A DNA stretch of 48,688 nt, filler included, from Sphacelaria rigidula (Eukaryota): assembly GCA_964200075.2 (NCBI GenBank). It is 3 parts of 3 records of this genome, joined end to end, with 100 filler letters (N's around TTAATTAATTAA, not from the genome) between each part and the next. Parts side by side here need not be neighbours in the genome. Positions count along the whole stretch, not along the records: positions 32,531 to 48,688 come from CAXNAA020001458.1; 2 more parts are not named here. One strand, 5' to 3'. The position numbers and the translations under genes are program-made. Each line of letters opens with the position of its first letter. The stretch's first letter is position 1. This document shows, piece by piece, positions 37,996 through 48,688 of the stretch. The notes beneath the pieces are model-generated. The model did not search any database. It had not been told where the DNA came from and saw only the letters and a list, made by a program, of their open reading frames with translations.

Positions 37996-39131
37996 GTAGG
38001 CAAAGTGCCAGGGTACTTCATGAAGTTTGCCAACAAGTTGCAAACCGTTAATTTGTATGAATCGACTGAACCCTTCCCCCCCGGGTAAAGGCAAACTTCT
38101 GAAAAGCTTTTCCTTCAAAAGTGAAGCCGGTCGAAATCTGGCACCGGTCGGCGTAACAACTTGACTGTCGACATTCACGAAGACGGTGTGCATATACAGA
38201 ACATTGATGCATGTACTGGCTGCACTTTCTTTCCCATTTTATCTCGAGGGTGCCCTATTCCAGTTACACATACAACACATGTAATGTTTTATCGACAGTA
38301 TCATCCAACAGCAGAGTATAAATAGTTAGACGCGTGCTTCTTTTTTCGGCATCAGGAGCGGCAGCAGCAGGATCTATACGCCCGTTGCACGGTATCTGCC
38401 CGCTGCGAGAGGGCGTTCGCGTGTTCGTTGTTGGCAACGATTTGTGGCATTTTTATCGCGATCCCATAAAAGACAGTACTGCGTTCTGTACTCTACGGTA
38501 CTGCTCTACTGTTTCTCCAGTGTTGTATACTATTTATTCTGTATGAACTTGCGATGAAGCGCTGTTCAAACGTGAGAGGAGAGCGAGATTGGGTGTTGTT
38601 CAGCTGTCTGGTGTGCCGTAGTGCGGGTCATAGGGACGCCAGGTTTCGGGGGGGGGGGGTGAAGAGGTGTCACGTACAAACCAGAGGGTCCATTGCACAA
38701 GCCCGAGCGTACAGTACCATACTTGACACTTTGACCTCACCAGCCCCCTCATCGCGAAGATGGTGATTTGTAACTTACACTCTGCCCTGCTACTATTCGT
38801 TCACTCTTACTACAGAGTGTTCTGTAGTGGGAGGGGTACACAAGCCCATGACGACATTTTTGGTGTAATGAAGAACGCCCATTCCCCCATGTCTTTTCCC
38901 GTATCCAATGGTCAGAGTAAACATGAAGTTGCTGATCTCGTGGAAATGACTTCTCGTGTTGCATGCTATCGCAGTCTAGCCCGAGCGTTGTGGTCCGCGT
39001 GCCCGGCCACAGTTAAATTTCTAGCCGATCGAAAAAACAAACTGCTGAACAATCGAACAGAAATGTACGTATCACGACTGGCTCTTCTCTGCTGCACCGT
39101 ATGCCATGCACGAGTCGTCAACAATGGTTAA

Positions 39132-39228
39132 CCCTTAGACCGCGAGGTTAGTCTTCTGTTGAATCGGCATCAGTTTCGAGTGAAAAAAGTACTCATGATC
39201 CAGAAAGACGAATCTCGCGGTCTAAAGG
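39132..39228. mobile_element. piggyBac-type MITE, second copy
   Basis: TTAA-CCCTTAGACCGCGAG...CTCGCGGTCTAAAGG-TTAA; the interior (aatcggcatc...gaaaaaagtac...tccaga) matches 33364-33463. Confidence 0.88.
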
Positions 39229-42200
39229 TTAATGGGTCGTGGAAGAACAGTAATCCATGTTCTGCGAGGTCTGGTGAGGTACGGCACCCTCGCGCTCGTG
39301 CTTGGCGGCGGGGCATTACAAAAATGGCCGTTTTTTCGGAAAGGACACCCATCCCTTCATTGGCTTGCACTATCCACACTTCAGTGAAATCAAGTGATGA
39401 TATCTCGCATTGGCATACATGGCACTTGAATTGACTGTACGAAGCAGAATGGGCCAGTATCGGTTTACAAATGCTCCAAGATGTGCGCACATGTTCGGTG
39501 ACAAGCTGTCAACTGCATACTGATTTGAACTTCGTGCTTGATATGCGTGGTCGTGAGCCGTGACTGTGCTATCTGCAGGAGAGTTCACCCCCCCACACGC
39601 GGCCCTCGTAACATATTTTTTTGCTCGCCTCACAGTGCCCCCCCACGTTAGGAAGAATGTGGGTCAAACGAATGCTTGATGTATGGCGTTGAATCCCGTA
39701 CCGCGTTCGGAAAAATATAGTGGTCTACCATACCAAGGAAAGTGGGTACGAGAGTTGCCTGTTCCTTTATCCGGTACGACCCATGTGCGCTGTTCATGTG
39801 CTATGTGACTCTGCGTATGTGTCCAACATTGCAAGACTCGAATAGAGTCAGCCACAAACTGCGTCGTGAATCAGTTGTTTGTGCTGAAAGGAATAGTGTA
39901 CTCTTTGGTACGAAAGCTTGCAGATGTACCCTCCATCTTCTTGCACAAGCTCCGCATGACTACATCGAGCCTCTCCACTACGAGACGCGCTATTTTGGGC
40001 CCTGTTTTATTTCGCTACGCTCGAACCTACCCCTCATCCTTCGGGGGGAAGGACGGAAGCGGGGGAGGGGGGGGGGTACATTGAAGATCAAGTACACAAG
40101 TTCGACGTCTTACTTTGTCGGAAATGGAGCTGTAGATTGGCCTAGATCAACCATTCTATGGTACCACCAGAATGAGGGAAAGCTTTGCAACGTGTTGTAC
40201 ATACTTTGTACAGTGCCCCACAGTTACCCAGAGAGCTGCTGCGGCTGCTAGCTTGGGTGTACGCGAACAGCCCCGCGCGTATTCATTTTAGAGCGCAGGC
40301 CAAGATGATATTTGCAAGCACGGTGCATTTTCGACAGTACGATGCAGAAAGTGAGCAAGTGCACACTGCAATATACCACTGCGATGACGTCGGCTGGTAC
40401 ATGGTGCAATACAACGGTACAACAGTGCAGTAGTTTTCGTGCTGCATCCTGTGGCCGACAGACTCGTGATGAGGCTCGTGTCGGGACAAGTGTCCTTCGT
40501 TTAGCAACTTTCACCCGAAACCCGAAGCCTTGGTAAGGGGACAGGGGCAACCTAGATGCCCGCGACATTGCAGTATCACGCTGGAAGAGGCACAACCATC
40601 GCCTACAGCGTGGCTATATCGGGGTGCTCAACTCTGTGTACACGCCGTGCGCCGTGTACCTAACGTGGGATTCTTGGCCCACACGCGCGGAACAACTCCG
40701 ACATCCACAGCGAAAATTAAAAAAGCAGACGATATTTCTTATCATCATGGTCCACACGAACGCATGCTTCTCCCCGACTTCTTGTAACGAGTTTTGTGGC
40801 GGGAACAAGTATCGACACCTGTATAAAGATCATGTGGACAGTGGTCTATTTATGGAGTTGATTGGCACCCACACGGGAGTGTTGGCCTCTTTGAGCTTCC
40901 AATTAGCTACAGTACTGCAAATGCCACAGATCGCTCCTAGATGACCGACATGGTATATGCGAGAAGAAATTGTGCCCATGCCCGAACAATGATGTTTGTG
41001 AGTCAAAGGTTCATGTCCACGCAATTTACTGTCGGGTTGCTTTCACAGAGGAAGGAGTTGCTAATTTATAGCCTCGAGGCTACCGAAGTTGAAGATGCGA
41101 CCATCATTATAGTTCCGAAATAAAGTCTGGCGCCCTAGGCCCACCCTCCCTCACCCCCTCGTCCCGTTGAAGAGATTTTTGGTTACCCACGGTCGTGGAC
41201 GCCTGTTTCCCAGTTTGTACAGATTTTCCAGGAGGGAAATAAGACGAGTACGGAGTCAAGGAGACCCATCATATTATTTAGTTGTTGGGCCAAGGCTAGC
41301 GAAGCACGAGCAACGCGAACAACGCTAAAGCTAAAACCCCGCTCATCCTATCCCTCATGTAGCCATGGGTCCTTTTCCTTATCCCCCATGTACCCATTAA
41401 TCCTGTGCTCCCAACCCTTTGTGTTCAGCATTAACCACGAGCTGTTTTTTCCCGCAACGTCGCGGGAGCCCGTGTCTCCAACCAAATGCTGCAGCTTGGT
41501 CTATGCTGAGGTTTCTCGCCGCTATATTTTTGTGGCTTCATCCCTCTGAGTGCCCTCTCCTTGGTTGCAATTGTTGTTCGGCGTGGTTGTGGCTGGAGAT
41601 GCTGTATCCTGTCTTCTCCGAGTCGTTTTGCAAAGGGGCATTGGGATACTGTCTCACTACGCACATTGCATTTGTTTGACATGTTGGTGAATATTCATGG
41701 GTGGCACCCAGACACCCATTATTGTATTGATATACGATGTGAGCGGTGGTAGGCCTACTACGGGAACTCTAATGTCTTGGCCATTTGAGCTGCGATTCTA
41801 TATATTTCTATGGGTCTCGCCTTCTGGTGCAACACCATCAAGCGGCTTCACGCGCGGTTCAGAGACCGTCGGTTCAGAGATGGAGAGTCTCGATACAGGT
41901 TTTGAGAGGGTTGGGTTGCAGGAATACGGACATCTCCGGAAATGGCAAGGGCACAGGTTACACGAGAAACTCGTCCAATTCTACCGAACAGATACACAGG
42001 GATCGCGGAAATGGCGGACAATCCTGTCATAAGATGGTCACGAAGCATGCTACACTACTCTGGCAATTCCGGACGTGTGTTTCGCTGATTCTTGAACACT
42101 GTAATCTAATATAAAAAATTATTATTTTCCGAACGAGGTTGGGAAAATGTGAAAAGTGACCACCCTTCCTCCGATCATCACCGACCCGTCCATGCCACGT

Positions 42201-42504
42201 TTCAATTTTCCACGGCGTATGCAGCGAGTCTTCGATTGCTTCATTCTAAACAAAGGGAATATATATATCAACTTTGGGGAGGAAGCACAACGTGCAAGAC
42301 AGATGTGCGCCTTTCAAGCATTCGTCAAGGTACTGTGTTTCGTTTGTGGGGAAAATGATCAGTGTTAAGGGGGTACAGTAGCAGCGATGTAATGCTGCTG
42401 GGCGGGTGCTAGTGAGCATTCGGTCTTATTTTCAGTGAGAAAATAGGATTTGTTTTTGTATCACGTCTGTCTGAATTTTTCTGGATCCGAGTATGTTTTC
42501 AAAA

Positions 42505-42608
42505 TCCTATTTTACCCTATTTTGGGCTAATCAGCGGGTGACCACGGAAGGCGTCCGCATCAGATGCGGTTTTTAATGTGAAGAGACCGACAACTACAAC
42601 AACAACAT
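42505..42608 (+). mobile_element. Non-LTR element 3' end with (AAC)n tail
   Basis: ttttacccta...gtGACCACGGaaggcgtccgcatcagatgc...ttaatgtgaaga...acaacaacaac; homologous to 47478-47628. Confidence 0.6.
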
Positions 42609-43007
42609 GAGGCTTCGCTTTCTCCATTATTGTGCCTGAAAGACTCGAAACGAAGCACAGCTCACTGCTCTGTTCTTTGCCTATAGCGCGTCTCGGTGAT
42701 AGCTCTGTAGCTGTCAATCTCACCCAACCTGGACAATATGTGAATAGTTGCAAACAACAGAAAAACATGTACTGCGCAAAGTAAAGCCTACTGCAACTAT
42801 TATCGGAATTGTCGGACCGACAATAGATGCGATAACATGGGCCTATACTCTACGCAGAACACTTTTTTATATTGCAACGGTTGTTACACACGTGGTGTCC
42901 GGTTGAGCAATCTCAGCAAAAAGCGTTGCCTGCTCACGTTCTCTTTTCATCCACACAAATATTTCACGTGTCGAAACCCCTTCTGTGATTCTGCACGACC
43001 GGGGCAG

Positions 43008-43296
43008 TGCGTGTCGTGTGTTGTCGTCCCATCTATTCTGGACGCCGGTCTACACCTCTCGGTATTTGTGGGCCCATCAGCCGGGGTCACACAGGAGTAC
43101 GGTCAACACAGGAGTTGTACCACTTTTCATTTTGTCATAATACTCCACCTTCCTTCTGCGGTGCTTGCCTCATTTTTGATCCCGAGAGGGGTTCAGCGGT
43201 CCCCTTCCCTCGTCGACCGTTAACACGAATTGTGCGTACCCACGACATCGTCGCTCTCCACTGTTGTTGCGGATGTTGTGGGAACGTCCCAGATCG
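43008..43296 (-). mobile_element. tRNA-derived SINE, copy lacking the tRNA head
   Basis: Body matches the other copies up to tcccagatcg; boxes A and B are absent. Confidence 0.8.
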
Positions 43297-46200
43297 TGTG
43301 ACGGGACCGGGTAAGTTTGGTAGAAAATCCCCCCCCCGCGCTCAGTTGCGTGGGTGCTGCAACGTGTTCTATCAAGAAACGATGCCGCCCCGTCATCCGA
43401 GTGTTTACGCCATCTGCCGTCGTTTTGGTCGGCATCGTTTTTCACGCCCCGAGATTGTAAATGCTTCTGTTTTCTGAATTAGCCACTCTTATTATTTGGA
43501 CCAGCGATTCCCGTATAGCTCATAGCGTAATAGAGGTATCCCAAACTCGAGATTGCTGCTACATTTCTCAATGATTCACGGATGAATTTATCAGAAACCT
43601 CGAGCTTGAGTTTCTCCCAGTTGATTAATAAGAAAGGAAGTCGACCACTTTCTAGTTTTAACGGTTCACATGATTATAACAAACGAATCCCATAAAGCCC
43701 GCATGGTAATAGAGGTGGCGCAAACTCGAGGTTCCTGATATATTTGACTTTAAATAACTGTAGAGTGTACCGGGAATCAATCAATTTCGAAGATTTTACG
43801 AGAAGTTGCGAGGTCGGTCAAAATTCAAAGTGGGCGTACGAGAGGCGAGAATAATGCGCAGAAATCCTCTTGGAGAGGATAGCACGTCTTTCCGAAGCGG
43901 CACAATCCGCCCGGCCTCTTTTTCGAACCAATCTCGGCGCCGAATCGCCTGGGCATTTGTTCGACGGACTTCTTCATGCCCAAAGGGAGCGCGCGAACAC
44001 ATCTGGCTTGGACACTACACCAAGTCCTGCATCATTTCGGATATTTTGTTGCTTCTTGTTTTTTCACGACTTGTGAAAAGAAGTTCGAGCCTGTACCCCC
44101 ACCATGGAACCTTTATTTGCGCCGCGCTACTGTAGTCGCTGTTGAGGCGCCGACTGCTTGTGTCTTCTCAACTAAATTTGTTATTACGTCAGATATTCAC
44201 GTATCTAGCCCTTTGGGAACCCTCCCCTTCCGTCCCCGGACCAGACGCCTCACTGTTTCAAGGCCTAACAAAGATGAGAATAGAACAGACAGGCAGCAAT
44301 GATTTTTACGGCGGAAGGCCACAGAAATATTCACCAGCATGCGTCATACGCGCACCAGAAATCTCACCCCGGTGCCGTCCGATTAATTGTGTGTAATTAG
44401 GGGGAGCAGCGGGTCAAGTATGCTCAACCTTGTGCACACAACAAACATTGGCACTTGCGTCCTTGAGTCTACACAAACAAAATTGGCACCACCTGTCTAT
44501 TTTCTATATACCAAGTCCCGTGCTGCATTGGGGAACATTTTTATACGGATCTGAAAAATTAAAAAAAAACATCGCTCAAAAAACAGCACCTCGAAATCCA
44601 CTCGTTCTCATCGTCAGTGCCAAAATGTCAACACGGTTTTTCGCCAGGTCGAGAGTCAAGCGTTTGGTTGAGAGTGAGGTTTATTATTAATTTCAATTTT
44701 TGTTTTTGTGTGGGCTACCTCTCCTATAACCATGTCGTGTGCTTACTGCTACAAGTCGTTTTCCTACTCTGGAATATCGGAGGCTTCAGTGGCAAGTGCT
44801 ACAGAAAGCGTATAAAGCTTCCCATAAGGCATTGAGGGGCATCTAAGCAGTCAAATGGTTTCAGAAATGAGTCCACCATTTCCGTAAATCTGAGGTATTG
44901 AGGGCGCCAATACTATAAAGACATGCTAAGTTGGATTCGTCCCACGGCTAGGAGCTTTCAGTCGAGCCGCTCCTCGTCTGGCTCAGCGAAATATCCCCCA
45001 AGAAACATCGGCGAATGAGTTGATGAGAAATTCCCACTCTTACGGTTTTCCCTCTCAATCATACGCTAGACTCTCAGTTTCGCATCAAACCCTGCTATAT
45101 GTGTTGAAAAAGACATTCTCACACGAGAGCAGAGATGCAGTGAATGTTTTCACCACGAAGATTTTGGGGCCATCACTGCCGAAGCAACGGTACAGTACAC
45201 GACATAAAGGCTTCACCGCGAAGCAGCGCTTTTGAGGTCCTGTTTTAACGGGACCGGTCACATGATTTGGTTTTAGCTCTCTAGGTACTGCTACTGTAAG
45301 TAGCTACGAGTAACGGTGTTCTCGTGAGATTGAGGGTAGAGGATAGGATTGAGAGTGAGAAGCGGTCAATTGATGAATGAGCACTTTCAGTTCCAAGATG
45401 CCCCCCCACATGGCCCGACATGCCTTCTGTAGTGGCTTGCCACTAAAGCCCTTGATACCCCAGAGTAGGATATCGGCGTGTCGCTGTAAGCACGCGGCAG
45501 TGTTACAAGGAAAGAAAACCACATTTACTGTCAAATTGGTCACGTTAAAGCGACTGATAGAACCCATTCTTCATCGATGTTCTACTCTCAATCTCACAAA
45601 AACGATATTGAGTACGAAGCACAAAGCTAAAAACACGGAGCCCCGATCCACAATGGTTTTTCCTCGAGTGATTGTTCGCGTCCCGTCAAGACAGACTCTG
45701 ACCCCACCTATTCCAATGCACTACGGTATATCCAACAGTTCAGGTTCCAATCTCTTGGCGGTCTTGAGGGTTTTAAGGGATTTGACCTGTCGACTGCAAT
45801 GGTGAGTCTGGGTGATATCACTTGAGTGATATCGTGCCGATTTGACAGTTGGCCCACCCTGGCAACCAAAGGGCCAAGAACAACGTCTCTCCATCCGCCG
45901 GCACTATCGTTTGCTTTCCCATTACAGTATAGTCTTGGCTATCATATCCTCTCCATGTCCCTATCCCTGTTAACGGTCATGAATCAAGAATATGCCGCTA
46001 GGATTGGAACTGTGTGCATACCTTGGCGGAAAGTCTTGCGTGAACGAAAAGTGTGGAAAATGCGGCACAACAAGTGCTTATTTTCCATGCACCCTATACC
46101 TGAGCCGTACGTTGCACGGTGTGGGCCCGCAAGAATTCTTCACCACACGGCTCAGGAGTACAGTGCATGTTATCAACCGAAGGCCACATGGCACACCCCC

Positions 46201-47204
46201 CGTACCAAGGTTAGTGTTTGAAATGGTGGTGACGAAATAGATCGCGCCCGATACAGCACTGGGGTGTTGTTTTGAAGCAACACTTGATTTCGTTCTTGAC
46301 TTTGATGTGATTTGGGCACAAGGGGAAGGAACATTGCGCCTGATTTTTTAGGCAACTGCGTCAGTTCCACCAAAAATATATGGGGGTCAAGCCGTACCAC
46401 ACGCTCCCACAGACTGCTGCACTGCTTGCTTATTACGACACCAGCGCCGTTGACAGGAAAAATTTTGTGTCGCGGTGGACTACGGCTACCTCTGGAGGAG
46501 TTGTGGACTTCCAGCGTGAGTCGTGGTGTTGAGGCATGTTTTGCAATGTCGACACCCTGTGTGAACCGTTGCACGTCACGAAACAGCGGTGTAACTTTTT
46601 CTTATTTTGTGCGAGTAATTTTTGGCGCAAGCTCCTCGAAGCTTTTCGTTCTCGACTCTTCCGGTTGTACGTGGAGAAACGATGAGCACCATCAAGTTGA
46701 CGTTAGCTGCTCAGTGCTCTCTGTCTCCGTCGCATTTTCCTGTGCACAAATCAAATTCTGTATGGCATACCGTCAGCCCTTTGACTACAACGCAATTATT
46801 TTCAGCCCCACGCATGTGCAATTAATAATGCGAATATTCGAATAGTATTAATTAGTCTCAAAGTTATTCCGGTGGGAAGTGGAGAATGTGAAAAATGTCG
46901 GAACGAAGGACGGACAAGAATGGCGTGGAGCAAGCTATTGGAACGGACTTTCTTTTTGTGATTGTGTTCGGCCTCATGCTTCCCCCTGCTACACCTTTGA
47001 CCCCCAGCGTGAGTCATCCTGGCTGTCGGCAATTTTTTTTAACTTGAAGCCTGAGTTTAAGCAGGTGATTCACCCCGCCTATGAGCGGGTTTAACATCGC
47101 CACTCGCCCTGATCTCTTTGACCGCTAAAATTGTGGGTAGTTTACTCTATGAGCGAGCAGCTGCTTAGACAATCAATAAGTACATCTACTTCGCGCTCGA
47201 ACGA

Positions 47205-47300
47205 TCAACTGCTCTATCGCGAGGATGAGCCGTCGGGGTCCTCCAGTCGCGTTGTGAGTAAAAACGATGCCGATTCAATAGATGACTCTCCCCAGCGCAG
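47205..47300. mobile_element. Degenerate piggyBac-type MITE copy (reverse orientation)
   Basis: tatcgcgagg...gagtaaaaacgatgccgattcaatagatg matches the reverse complement of the MITE interior. Confidence 0.55.
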
Positions 47301-47477
47301 CTTTTTTTTACCACCACGGTGGAATATGTGGGTCTTGTGTGATCCTATGGTAAGGGTACACAAATATTTTCTGGCGTTAGAATTGTTAGGAGCCCTCTAT
47401 CTCATCCACAACACGAATTATGAAATATGTAAGAGTACCTGAATTTTTCGTAGGTCCGATTTTATTTCCTGACTTTC

Positions 47478-47628
47478 CTTTTACCCTAACATGGGGTGGT
47501 AGCCTGTGACCACGGAAGACGTCCGAGTCAGATGCCCAGTACAGCACTGCGCAGATACCGGAACGACTTTTTCATGTGAAGACAACAACAACGACGACAA
47601 CAACAACAACAACAACAACAATAACAAC
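47478..47628 (+). mobile_element. Non-LTR element 3' end with (AAC)n tail
   Basis: ttttacccta...gtGACCACGGaagacgtccgagtcagatgc...ttcatgtgaagac(aac)n. Confidence 0.6.
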
Positions 47629-47974
47629 GCCAAGATCACCATGATTCCAATGTGCTGGGAATAATCCGACTGAATTTGCAAATGGGGATTCCCTGGCCGA
47701 TATTCTTGTACATCTAGAATCGTTAAAGTCCCCTGCATCAGACAAGATTTTGCGCAAACAGCGCACCCCTACCGTAGTATTGCTCTCTTATATCCATTTT
47801 CCTTGTGATAGTGATGCCGACCGAAAAGGATGACTCACCCATCCACCCTGGCCATCAAAAGGTTTATTTTTTACAACGAAGAGTCTGTGGTTTTCCCTGT
47901 ATGAGCGACCATCTTCCAAAATCATGACAACGCAAAATGGACCGCAACGCGGTCACACCGCTATCTTTTTTCAA

Positions 47975-48418
47975 CCCTTCGATCGCGAGGGTAGTCCACC
48001 TGGATCACTCGGACTTTTTCCAAGTAAAATTGATGCTGATTCAACGGATGGCCCACTCTCGCGGGATTACCCTTTGACCGCAAGGGTACGTCACCTGCAG
48101 AAATGGCATCAATCTCACTTGAAAAAAGTGGAGCGATCCAGGTGGACTACCCGTCGTAGTTCAAGGGCGGCATCAATTTCACTCGAAAAAGGTATGTGTG
48201 ATCTAGATGGACTACCCGCAAGGGTCAACCCTTTGACCGCGAGGGTACCTCACCTGCTGAATCGGCATCAATTTCAATCGAGAAAGTATGCACGATGCAG
48301 ACGGACTGACATATCCGTAACGCGGTGTAGGGGTCAACCCCTAGATCGCGAGGGTAGTCCATCTGGATCATGCATACTTCTTTCAAGTGAAATTGATGTC
48401 GATTCAGCAGGTGTGTTA
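47975..48418. mobile_element. Cluster of five abutting piggyBac-type MITE units in mixed orientation
   Basis: Units at about 47975-48066 (reverse), 48070-48167 (forward), 48168-48224 (forward, partial), 48229-48333 (forward) and 48338-48418 (reverse). Two junctions read GGG-TCAA-CCC. Confidence 0.8.
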
Positions 48419-48688
48419 TTGGACAAGGAATCTGAGAGTCTTCTTCGATTGGTTATTAGGAGTAGCCCATGAGCTGTCCGACGTGTGGAAGATTCGAGCA
48501 AAAAGTACGTTAGGAAGGAGGCACGATGCTAAGCTCTCTACTCACGGGATCGACAAAAAAATTACAGATGCGAAAAGCATCAACCTGCAGCGATGGACGT
48601 CCCGTGAACGGTAGTTGCAGGACCCCCCCCTGCCCCCCTCCCCGCGCCCCCCCCCCCCCCACCATCACCACCACCACTCCGGCAAAAT

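Noticed and set aside
39435..39490. LYEAEWASIGLQM as CKS exon 2
   Set aside because: There is an in-frame stop immediately upstream, no acceptor, and no HV.LP or GW.HY.
40600..40944. GIY-YIG/Penelope endonuclease relic
   Set aside because: Only a vague GYIG/VY.PC resemblance, with motif order and spacing wrong.
47924..48472. 182-aa ORF with internal repeats
   Set aside because: Read-through of the MITE cluster.

Overview
Eukaryotic, repeat-rich, long-intron DNA, most likely a brown alga (Phaeophyceae); this is inferred from the LINE reverse-transcriptase type, the intron structure and a flagellar gene. The window is not contiguous: two 100-nt spacers (44N-TTAATTAATTAA-44N) join three contigs of 16,170, 16,160 and 16,158 bp, which look size-sorted and unrelated. 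Contig 1 (1-16170) is mostly transposon debris (LINE RT relic, tRNA-derived SINE, TIR elements) plus a possible minus-strand gene 3' end. Contig 2 (16271-32430) carries 13 phase-consistent internal exons (775 aa) of a DLEC1/CFAP81 central-apparatus flagellar gene. Three of its 13 donors are GC and it contains an EF-hand-like insertion. Contig 3 (32531-48688) has the first coding exon of a CKS (CDK regulatory subunit) gene, more SINE copies, and a family of ~100-bp TTAA piggyBac-type MITEs including a five-unit cluster. Almost all ORFs in the supplied track are spurious. No CRISPR array, rRNA or genuine tRNA gene is supported. All family assignments are from recalled sequence motifs, not database searches.
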